Sequence record: ON287375.1
Reading direction: 5' to 3' (one strand)
Length of the DNA: 64,000 bases
Shown: positions 46,748 to 54,824 of the stretch, piece after piece
Position numbering within the stretch: position 1 is the stretch's first letter
Layout of the letters: each line of letters starts with the position of its first letter
The notes under the pieces: model-generated
Database searches by the model: none
Told to the model about the DNA's origin: nothing
The model's input: the letters and a program-made list of their open reading frames with translations, nothing else
Translations under genes and position numbers: made by a program

Positions 46748-47503
46748 ATGTCCAAGAAAAACATTGCTCAAGCTAAAGCTGCTAAACGTACTGCTCGTGC
46801 TAAAGCCAAAGCAAAATCTGTAGCAAAAGCTAAAGCGACACCTCAAGCCATCAAACATCGCCAGCTTCGTGGCGCACTGAATGCTGATGGTCGTATTGCT
46901 GATTTCGATACTGTTTTGGAAAATGCAGTGTTGGATATCAACAAGCGTAAACAAGTTCAGTCCGAGTTTAAGAACTCAACTGATATGATTAAGGGTATTA
47001 AAGAAGCGATTGGTCAGGTATTCAAACTGTACTGCTACGTAACCCTGGGTAAAACTCTGGCTGACTCTGGTGCAATGCAACATGAAGTTCAGATCCCTCT
47101 GGATGACATCTCTCGTGTACTGATGAACTTCGACAGCCGTATTGGTCGCCTGGAGTACATGAACCAGACTCCTGAAGATCAACGTGATGATGTGGCTATC
47201 GAAACTGAAGCATTCGATATCGGTACCAACCTGGCTAATATCTCTGAAGATCTGTACGGTGAAGTTGCACGTATGGAAAAACATAGCCTGATCATGGAAG
47301 AAGCGATTTCCCGTATGTCTCTGGAAATCACCGAAGGTTCTCCAGAAGAACGCCGTATGCGTGCTCTGCAAGCAGTTGCTTACAAATACCTGGCGGAACT
47401 GAAACTGCACGATGCTAAAGTTGAAAAGGAACAACGCGAAGCAGCAGAAGCAGAACAACATCTGTCCGGTGTAGATGAAGCTCCATCTATCCCACAGGTT
47501 TAA
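46748..47503 (+). CDS. Helical protein with Lys/Ala-rich basic N-terminus
   Basis: Start moved to ATG 46748; MSKKNIAQAKAAKRTARAKAKAKSVAKAK. Confidence 0.8.
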   Translation: MSKKNIAQAKAAKRTARAKAKAKSVAKAKATPQAIKHRQLRGALNADGRIADFDTVLENAVLDINKRKQVQSEFKNSTDMIKGIKEAIGQVFKLYCYVTLGKTLADSGAMQHEVQIPLDDISRVLMNFDSRIGRLEYMNQTPEDQRDDVAIETEAFDIGTNLANISEDLYGEVARMEKHSLIMEEAISRMSLEITEGSPEERRMRALQAVAYKYLAELKLHDAKVEKEQREAAEAEQHLSGVDEAPSIPQV

Positions 47504-47535
47504 TTCACTCACTCATCCTTATATAAGGTATTAAC

Positions 47536-49149
47536 ATGTCTGAGAATATTCCTCAAACTGAAATGCAGGAAAACGTGAACAAGGAAGCAGCAATCATTAC
47601 GCTTACCAATGCTCTCGTTGGTCCAGCAGATGACTACGATCCTTCACTCCCACTCTTCGTCGGTACTCTGAAAGAAGAACACGAAGCCATCTACAAAACT
47701 GCAGTGGCCTTCCTGGGCTGGCGTGATGCAGCTGCCGCTGGTGAAGAACGTCAAGCCAACGTTCTGAAAGATCGTTATGAAGAACTTCGTGAAGCTCACT
47801 TTGAAGGTGTGGAAGAAGAACTGCTTGGTAACATGCTTACCAACTACTTCCGTTTCTACTTCAATGGCTTCGATCGTGGTCTGGTCCGTAATGCTACAGT
47901 AGATGTGGTACGTGACCGTAAACTGGTCAACACTGTTCCTCTTAAGAATGGTGGACGCTTAGGTCTGATCTCAGCTATCACTCCTACCGTTAAGAGCGAG
48001 ATGGGTGTGCGTGAACGTATGCGTCGCACATTCCTGAAAGCATCAGGATCTCCAGATAGCTTTAACGTTATCTTGGCTAACTCACTGATCTTCCTGCGTG
48101 TCAAGATCCCTACTCCGCTGGATCTGGTTCGCTTGATCAACGATGTGGCTACTAAGCTTCATATGTACGGTGAACATTATAACCAAACTTCCATTCACTT
48201 GGAACGCGCTGGTATCAGTCAGATTCTGATTGACTTCATGTTGGATCATGTTAGCTACCATAGTGTTAAAGGTATTGATGACCCAATCCAGCTGAAGAAT
48301 TATATCCTGTCTAACGACATTAACCACATGGCTCAAGCTCTGTTGAAAATCACTTCTCCTAAAGGTGTGACTTTCCGCATGAACTGCCTGGCTAATAAAT
48401 GTGGTTGGTCTGCTAACAGTGTTATTGATCCAGCTAATATGCTTCTATATGTTGAAGAAGATCAACCAGAAGAACGTCGCACTCTTCTGTTCAAACTGGT
48501 TAACGAAGGTCTGAAGTTATCTCCTGAAGATCTGGCTAACAACCCTCCTGTCTATAAAGACAAAGAAGGTAACGTGCTGGATAATAAAGTAGAACTCACT
48601 GAAGGTAATGGTCGTCTGATTATTGATGTACCTTATATCTCTGAGTACTTTATGGCTTATGATGAGATGGCTGCTCGTATTAACCCTGAGTTACGTGAGC
48701 TGGCTGTTAAATTCGCTAACCCGAAAGTGTTTGATGAAAAACGTCGTGAGTATCTTGCTCAGATGCGCGGTCATGAATATATCCAATGGTTCCGTGCCAT
48801 GGAGTTCGATCCACCGGCTGAAGCAGAAGGTACCAAAGAAGTTATCTATCGTGAAGAGAACCCGAAAGAGTTCGATGAAGGTCTGATGGATATCTTCAAC
48901 AAAGACGATCAAATGTATTATCGTGCCCTGGAGAAAGTTATCACTATTGCTCCTCGCATGTCCTATACCTTTGTCGGTATTTGTGATGATGAATGCCCTA
49001 ACTGTAAGAAAAAGTCAGAAGGTAAAGATCAGGAAGAACTTCACTCGTTCACCCCAATCGATCCTATTCTGAATTTTTTCGCCCATACCCGAATGATGAT
49101 CTCAATCAGAACCGGTCAGCAGAGTTTACAAGAGGACGGTCTTTCTTAA
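47536..49149 (+). CDS. Putative tail/baseplate-hub assembly chaperone (G-like product) with Cys pairs
   Basis: 537 aa; CLANKC and CDDECPNC; slippery heptamer near the 3' end; function inferred. Confidence 0.65.
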   Translation: MSENIPQTEMQENVNKEAAIITLTNALVGPADDYDPSLPLFVGTLKEEHEAIYKTAVAFLGWRDAAAAGEERQANVLKDRYEELREAHFEGVEEELLGNMLTNYFRFYFNGFDRGLVRNATVDVVRDRKLVNTVPLKNGGRLGLISAITPTVKSEMGVRERMRRTFLKASGSPDSFNVILANSLIFLRVKIPTPLDLVRLINDVATKLHMYGEHYNQTSIHLERAGISQILIDFMLDHVSYHSVKGIDDPIQLKNYILSNDINHMAQALLKITSPKGVTFRMNCLANKCGWSANSVIDPANMLLYVEEDQPEERRTLLFKLVNEGLKLSPEDLANNPPVYKDKEGNVLDNKVELTEGNGRLIIDVPYISEYFMAYDEMAARINPELRELAVKFANPKVFDEKRREYLAQMRGHEYIQWFRAMEFDPPAEAEGTKEVIYREENPKEFDEGLMDIFNKDDQMYYRALEKVITIAPRMSYTFVGICDDECPNCKKKSEGKDQEELHSFTPIDPILNFFAHTRMMISIRTGQQSLQEDGLS

Positions 49150-49589
49150 GTGACTCTGATTTAGACCCTCGTGTTCTGAACCGTTGCAGTGAGTTGTTCA
49201 TTGCAGCAGCCAAAGAAAAAGATCATGTTAAATTAGCCGTCTTGGAAAGACGGCTTTTCATGATTAAATATGGGTATATCTCTGAACAGGAATCGATGAG
49301 TTCCCATTTGCGGTATAACACCAATACCAGGGATTTCTTCCATCCATGGTCCGCAAAGATAATTGGTCATACGTTCGGGGTAAGGGAATATAGTAAATTC
49401 ATGCCTTTCAAAGATTATCTTGAAATGCCTGTGGATTTTATAGAGGACTTCATTGAAGGCTTAGTTGAAGGCGAGCAAGCTGCTATTAAAGCTAAGATGG
49501 ACGCCGTCAAACGTGAAGCTACTCGACAAGGTGGTAATGGTGACCCTCAGAAGGCCGCCATTGCTTTAGCTCAAAAGAGTAAAGGATAA
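49074..49589 (+). CDS. -1 frame extension (T-like segment) probably read by programmed frameshift; the track ORF 49194-49589 is its 3' part
   Basis: The -1 frame is open from after TAA 49023-49025 to 49589 and includes T TTT TTC at 49074-49080; TTG 49194 has no proper SD. Confidence 0.65.
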   Translation, partial: FFRPYPNDDLNQNRSAEFTRGRSFLSDSDLDPRVLNRCSELFIAAAKEKDHVKLAVLERRLFMIKYGYISEQESMSSHLRYNTNTRDFFHPWSAKIIGHTFGVREYSKFMPFKDYLEMPVDFIEDFIEGLVEGEQAAIKAKMDAVKREATRQGGNGDPQKAAIALAQKSKG

Positions 49590-49594
49590 AGATT

Positions 49595-50137
49595 ATGGGT
49601 AACTCCTACGAACCTCCTAAGTTGGAGAAACGTGAAAATACCGTTGTTAAACAAGTTAAAGATGAAGCACAAGCTGACCGTGTACTGGGTGTAAGCTCTG
49701 TTAACATGCAGATGAGTGCCGAAGATCTGTACAAGAAGAACATCACTGAGTTCGCTGATTTCCTGAAAGGTAATATCTCTTCAGGTACCCTCGAAGAACG
49801 TCAGAAGTTCCAACGTACTTTCTTCAACTCTGTGCCGGCTATGTTGCGCCTGTCTGATAATCAAGTTAAGATCATTCTGGATCACTTCTTGCTGACCATC
49901 GCAGAGAACCGCGATGTCTTTGATTATAGTCAGGTGCTGGCTCCGCTGCGTAGCATCGAATCTCAACTGAACAAAGTTGAAGTGGAACGTTATAAGCGTT
50001 TCATGCTGTTCATCACCATGCTGTCTGACAACGCACGTAACCGCCAACGTTTCCTGGCTAACTACGACATGGTTAAGTTCACCAGCATGTTTGATCCGAT
50101 CACTAAACAACGTCTGACTAACTACGTCTACCGTTAA
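49595..50137 (+). CDS. Conserved protein, probably virion structural
   Basis: SD AGGA; optimised codons; morphogenesis context. Confidence 0.7.
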   Translation: MGNSYEPPKLEKRENTVVKQVKDEAQADRVLGVSSVNMQMSAEDLYKKNITEFADFLKGNISSGTLEERQKFQRTFFNSVPAMLRLSDNQVKIILDHFLLTIAENRDVFDYSQVLAPLRSIESQLNKVEVERYKRFMLFITMLSDNARNRQRFLANYDMVKFTSMFDPITKQRLTNYVYR

Positions 50138-50140
50138 TAA

Positions 50141-50179
50141 ACTCCCTACTCCCTCCGCAAGGAAGGGGTAGGGGTTTTT
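50141..50179 (+). terminator. Rho-independent terminator
   Basis: ACTCCCTACTCCCTCC-gcaa-GGAAGGGGTAGGGGT-TTTT. Confidence 0.85.
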
Positions 50180-50193
50180 ATGTTGTCTATATG

Positions 50194-50230
50194 TTTTCAA
50201 GTAGATATTATTAGAGTGTATAAGGAAACA
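50194..50230 (+). promoter_or_regulatory. Putative early promoter nearly identical to the chmA promoter
   Basis: TTTTCAAGTAGATATTATTAGAGTGTATAAGGAAACA. Confidence 0.8.
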
Positions 50231-50272
50231 AATTTATTAAGTAGTAAACCTCACCAATAAAAGGAAGAAAAT

Positions 50273-50830
50273 ATGTTAGTCAATAAAGAAAACATTGTAG
50301 CCTTGGCAGAAGAAATTCTTGAGTCCATCAACAAGGCAGGTCCTGAAGATTATTCCATTGAAGTCAATGATGACATTTCTTTGGTAGTTAAGGTCACCCC
50401 TCCAGGAACATGGTCCTTTAAAACCGCTCTGGAACGCTCTGGTAAAACCTATGTGGTTTATGCCAATGGTAAACGTAAAGGGATCATACTCCATAGCAAA
50501 GGTGTTTCTCTTGATATGGTAATTGAAAGCCTTACTCGTATCGTGGGTAAAGATATCTTGCAAAAGGTCGACGATATCACTTCTCACATTCTGGGTGGTC
50601 CAACTGGTATGGTTCATCCAACCTACGTATCAGGTAGTATCGATATTGAGAAGCGCCGCGAAACCAAACAGGCGATTCAAATGTACCGGGTTCGTGTTAA
50701 TGGGGTGGTGGTAGCTAACATCCCTCATGAAGGCTTTATCGACCGCTCTGAAGATCTGTACAGTGTGGTTAATGCAGTGATTCATCAAGCGGCAATGGAT
50801 GGTGAGTATCACCTGACGGCGTTCGAATAA
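50273..50830 (+). CDS. Hypothetical early protein with probable internal duplication
   Basis: SD AAGGA; YVVYANGKRKG and YRVRVNGVVVA modules. Confidence 0.8.
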   Translation: MLVNKENIVALAEEILESINKAGPEDYSIEVNDDISLVVKVTPPGTWSFKTALERSGKTYVVYANGKRKGIILHSKGVSLDMVIESLTRIVGKDILQKVDDITSHILGGPTGMVHPTYVSGSIDIEKRRETKQAIQMYRVRVNGVVVANIPHEGFIDRSEDLYSVVNAVIHQAAMDGEYHLTAFE

Positions 50831-50838
50831 CAAACATA

Positions 50839-50871
50839 ACCCCTACCCCTCCTCTCTGAGTGGGTAGGGGT
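50839..50871 (+). terminator. Terminator hairpin
   Basis: ACCCCTACCC...GGGTAGGGGT. Confidence 0.75.
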
Positions 50872-50889
50872 ATGCTTTATTCACATTAT

Positions 50890-50915
50890 TTTTCAGACAT
50901 ATATAATTAAAGTGT
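50890..50915 (+). promoter_or_regulatory. Putative early promoter (variant core)
   Basis: TTTTCAGACATATATAATTAAAGTGT. Confidence 0.6.
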
Positions 50916-50985
50916 AATAACAATAATGTTATTACCTGGATGTTAGCGCATCCAGTTCGTTAATTATAAAATGAGGAACCAACTC

Positions 50986-51138
50986 ATGTTTGAAAATTAT
51001 GCTGCGGCTGTTGCTCGCATACAATCACCACATCTGTATTATTATAACTTCGAAGAAGGTCGTCAGACCAACTGGAAAGAAAGAACAGTTCAGCGAGAGA
51101 AAGATCGTCGACTGGTTGAACAGTTTGGCTTGATGTAA
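50986..51138 (+). CDS. 50-aa microprotein absent from the ORF track
   Basis: SD GAGGA; MFENYAAAVARIQSPHLYYYNFEEGRQTNWKERTVQREKDRRLVEQFGLM; flanked by a promoter motif and a terminator. Confidence 0.7.
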   Translation: MFENYAAAVARIQSPHLYYYNFEEGRQTNWKERTVQREKDRRLVEQFGLM

Positions 51139-51144
51139 TAACTA

Positions 51145-51170
51145 CCTCTACCTCCATTTGGAGGTAGAGG
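51145..51170. terminator. Bidirectional terminator
   Basis: CCTCTACCTCC-attt-GGAGGTAGAGG. Confidence 0.85.
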
Positions 51171-51194
51171 GTTAACTTAGTTACTTATTTTTTT

Positions 51195-52934
51195 TTATGC
51201 TGCTTTCTTAGCTTCTTCGATGAATGGAATTACAGACTCTTCGTAGAAACTATTGATCTCAGTTAACTGAGGCATACCATAAATGGTATTGCACAGTGTA
51301 ACTGCGTTAGCAATTGGAGATGATGCATAGTTCACACCAACACGACGGAACTCGAAACGATCCAGACCTTCAATCTCACAAACTTCCAACTTAGTTGTTT
51401 TGTTGGATACGTTAAGTGAAACTGTAATGTGAGGATAAGCACCAGTTACATCGATATCATCCGTATCACCACGACCACGAGAACGCCATGAAGGAAGACC
51501 TGCATAGATTGGCTTGCCTTTATCTTCATTAAGCTCAGCGTGCAGCAGAGCGATCCAGTCACGAAGATCTGGTTTGATCTCTTTCCAGACATCTTCCTTC
51601 TTACGACCTACAGTACCCCAAACATATCCATGTTCCAAAGCAATGAATGATAACTTATCAGAAATCATTGAAGGCTGTGACTGATATGAACGAAGTTCAG
51701 AAGAAGTAATCAGAGAAGGTAATGACAGAGAGTAGTCATTAGTTACACGGTTAAGATCTTCAATTACCCAGTTATCTCGAATGTTATACATTGCGTAGAT
51801 ATAAGGGAAGTTCTTCTGCATGAACTTGTGCCATTCAGTAGAACCTGCTTGAAGATGATCTGCCTCTGGAGTATATAACTTACCTTCCACCCCTTCAGCC
51901 TTAGCTGTGTTCTGCAAAGAGTAAGATTCCTTCTTACCACCAGGAGCACGTTTAATTGCATAGAAAGACATCCCATCAAACCACTGCCATTTAGCAGGCG
52001 CTTGTAAAACAGGAAAACGTTCTTGTGCTTCTAATGGAGATTTAGATCCATCAACCTTAGTTTTAAACTCACGACCTTTAAAATAGAAATAGTCACGATA
52101 AGGTTCTGGTACTTCAGGATCGCTATAAACTTCAGCTAAATTATAACCTTCATTAGTTAAAGCATCTTCGTTGGCCTGCATATCAAAGTTTGCGTTCCAG
52201 CTAACAATGTAATCAGGACCAATACGGTGGAATGCTTGGATGTTATTATAAACAACTTGACCTGGGGTATCATAGAGTTCAAACACAATCTTAACTTTGT
52301 GTTTTTCCATGTACTCTTTTAAATGTTCCTCAGCTGCTTCATTCAGTTTACGATAAATAGTCTCATCGTCATCACCAGGGAAGAAGCTTCGTATCCCAGC
52401 CCAATAGACTGTATCGCCACAGGTAATAGAAGCCATATTAACACAGCCAGTTGAACCATCTTGATTGATGTATGTTTCAACGTCATACGCTGCTACTTTA
52501 TAAGCTTCCTGTGGTTGATGATCTGGATACTTCTTATAGAACCGTTCTTTAAAGATAACCGGAACAGTTTCCTGACAACCAAAGACATAAGGGCTATTCT
52601 TTAGTTCACCAATCTGTGCTTTACGATCTGGTCGACCATATAGACATTTACTGATCTGCATTGCAAGACGAGATTCATTGGAGCTGTGTTTATCACACTT
52701 AGCTATCTCAATGTAGTCTCGTTTATCTTGGAAAGTTTGATACTTCTTCTTGACTATATAAAAGTCACGTTTAAAGTTTTCTATTTTTACTAATCGATCT
52801 TTACGAGTTCCATCTTTATGGATATCGGTAATTTTGGCGGTAAGTAAATCATTACCGTCCATAAATCTGTTGAACGATAAGTAAGCATGTTTACAAACGC
52901 GCCCAACAATTGGATTGTCAGTTTGATCTGTCAT
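51195..52934 (-). CDS. Split family-B DNA polymerase, exonuclease/motif-A subunit (phiKZ gp82-like)
   Basis: ExoI AYDVETY, ExoII SWNANFD, ExoIII YNIRD, polymerase motif A DIDVTGAYPH. Confidence 0.9.
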   Translation of the reverse strand: MTDQTDNPIVGRVCKHAYLSFNRFMDGNDLLTAKITDIHKDGTRKDRLVKIENFKRDFYIVKKKYQTFQDKRDYIEIAKCDKHSSNESRLAMQISKCLYGRPDRKAQIGELKNSPYVFGCQETVPVIFKERFYKKYPDHQPQEAYKVAAYDVETYINQDGSTGCVNMASITCGDTVYWAGIRSFFPGDDDETIYRKLNEAAEEHLKEYMEKHKVKIVFELYDTPGQVVYNNIQAFHRIGPDYIVSWNANFDMQANEDALTNEGYNLAEVYSDPEVPEPYRDYFYFKGREFKTKVDGSKSPLEAQERFPVLQAPAKWQWFDGMSFYAIKRAPGGKKESYSLQNTAKAEGVEGKLYTPEADHLQAGSTEWHKFMQKNFPYIYAMYNIRDNWVIEDLNRVTNDYSLSLPSLITSSELRSYQSQPSMISDKLSFIALEHGYVWGTVGRKKEDVWKEIKPDLRDWIALLHAELNEDKGKPIYAGLPSWRSRGRGDTDDIDVTGAYPHITVSLNVSNKTTKLEVCEIEGLDRFEFRRVGVNYASSPIANAVTLCNTIYGMPQLTEINSFYEESVIPFIEEAKKAA

Positions 52935-53022
52935 TATAAATACCCGAATGTTATGACGTCTTAAGTTGAATTTTCTAAACTATTCAGCTTGCCCTTTTAA
53001 ATTACTCCGGAGTTTTACTCAT

Positions 53023-54366
53023 ATGTTAGGAATCGATTTCCTTCAACCGCCACGGCCGATCACCGTAGCTGGTGTGGAATTTATGGATTACCAGGACCAG
53101 AAGTGCTACCTCGATTTGGTTAGCATCTTCAACAAAACCCTGGTTGATGAAGTTACCGAAAACGGTAACCGTGTTGCCTTTACTGGTGGACGTGATACAC
53201 TCATCGCTATCGAAGAACTTATCTTTAATACCTTTGGTATTAAGACCGATGTTCGTGCTCCTTCTGAAACCGTTGACAACATGGCTGTTGATTCTGGTTG
53301 GTTTAGTCCTAACCACGTATTCAACAACAAAGGTCTTGACGGTGTAATGAATCCTTCTGATAGTAATATCGGTCGTGCATTCCGTCGTCTCCGCACTGAC
53401 GTACTGAGAGGCTGGGTTGATACAGCCAAAGGTAAAGTTGGTGGTGATTACAGTAAGGTTACCTTTACCCTTTATACCAGCAAATATATCGATTCATTCC
53501 TGAAGTCGAATATCCTGAGTCGGTATAACCTCACCATGTCAGAAGGTGTTGCTGCATTCCTGCTTCATGAAGTAGGTCATATCTTTACTTCCTTCCTGTT
53601 TGTAACCCGTAATGTCATTGACACTATTATGCCAGCTATTGCTGCTCGCATGGTCATTGATGGTCGTAAATATGGTAAAGAGCGTTCTGCCATTATCCAC
53701 CAGACTTTGAGTGAGTTGGAATGTACTACTCGTCCAACTGTAGAAGAACTGGATAAAATGGGTGGTCAGGAAATCATCGTGATGTTTGATAAAGCTATCA
53801 ACACTCGTGATATTCGTCGTACTCTGTCACTGGGCGCAACTGACCGTGGTGCTGAAATCTATGCCGATCTGTTTGCAGTACGTTGCGGTGTCCCTAAAGC
53901 ACTGGTAGGTGCCTTGCTGGCTCTGGATTATGGTGATATCCTGAAACGTTTCAGTATTTCCATGACTAGTGTTGCTATCGCTTCTGCTATTGCTGTAATG
54001 CCAGTATTTGCTGTACTGTCAGCAGTCATTGGTGTTCTGTCAGGTTTACTCCATGCCCATGCAATGACTAACCCTAATGAACTTTACGACTCCCCTTATC
54101 GTCGAGTGAAGAACCTGCTACGCGATCAGATCATCGCTCTGAATGGTGCCAAATATATTGATAACCGCACCAAAGCTCAAATGCTGAAAGATGCTAAAGA
54201 GTTGGAAGAAATGATCTCTGAATCCAAACCTTTCTTTGAAGGTACTGCGGTTCAACGTCTGTTGGGTTGGATCTTCTCTGGTAGTGATTTCAAAGCCGCT
54301 GAGTTTGAACACTATACAGATGAACTGGTTGCCCATTCTCTGTCTATCTATAAAGATGCCTTTTAA
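53023..54366 (+). CDS. Virion head protein (phiKZ gp83-like position) with a HExxH zincin motif
   Basis: LLHEVGH plus EIYADLFA; start moved to ATG 53023 (SD GGAG). Confidence 0.7.
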   Translation: MLGIDFLQPPRPITVAGVEFMDYQDQKCYLDLVSIFNKTLVDEVTENGNRVAFTGGRDTLIAIEELIFNTFGIKTDVRAPSETVDNMAVDSGWFSPNHVFNNKGLDGVMNPSDSNIGRAFRRLRTDVLRGWVDTAKGKVGGDYSKVTFTLYTSKYIDSFLKSNILSRYNLTMSEGVAAFLLHEVGHIFTSFLFVTRNVIDTIMPAIAARMVIDGRKYGKERSAIIHQTLSELECTTRPTVEELDKMGGQEIIVMFDKAINTRDIRRTLSLGATDRGAEIYADLFAVRCGVPKALVGALLALDYGDILKRFSISMTSVAIASAIAVMPVFAVLSAVIGVLSGLLHAHAMTNPNELYDSPYRRVKNLLRDQIIALNGAKYIDNRTKAQMLKDAKELEEMISESKPFFEGTAVQRLLGWIFSGSDFKAAEFEHYTDELVAHSLSIYKDAF

Positions 54367-54375
54367 GGATTTATC

Positions 54376-54810
54376 ATGAGTCACTTAGCTCACATTGTAA
54401 AACTGAAACAGAACCTGATCGCTGAGGGTGTAACTAACCCTGAGACTCAAATCGCTATCGCTCGTACTGCCTATGTTAAAGCTCTGATTACTGTTAACAC
54501 TTCCAATAAACTGGATGAAGAACAGTGCATCGACTTTAACCGTTATGTGTTGAGCTACTGGAATGAAACTACACCTGTTAACGGTCTGATCGTCATGAAG
54601 GCTATTGGTGACTTCTTCCGTAATCTGGATAACTTCCTGCAACACACTTTCACTGACTGTGTGCTAAAGATTCAGATCGTTCCTTATGTAGAGAACCCAG
54701 CTGATTTGGAATACACTGAACTGGAAACTTATAAGTCTCTGGTCCAGCAGTTGGTTGATGAAGCTAACTATAAGCTTCCTCAGTTCATGGAAACCGATCA
54801 GATCGTTTAA
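54376..54810 (+). CDS. Probable virion protein
   Basis: SD AAGGA; structural operon. Confidence 0.7.
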   Translation: MSHLAHIVKLKQNLIAEGVTNPETQIAIARTAYVKALITVNTSNKLDEEQCIDFNRYVLSYWNETTPVNGLIVMKAIGDFFRNLDNFLQHTFTDCVLKIQIVPYVENPADLEYTELETYKSLVQQLVDEANYKLPQFMETDQIV

Positions 54811-54824
54811 TATAAGGAATCATC

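Noticed and set aside
52940-52960. Late promoters of the phiKZ TATG type (e.g. GTTATGAC here, and on the minus strand near 46742)
   Set aside because: A 4-nt motif is too frequent in AT-rich DNA to call without TSS data
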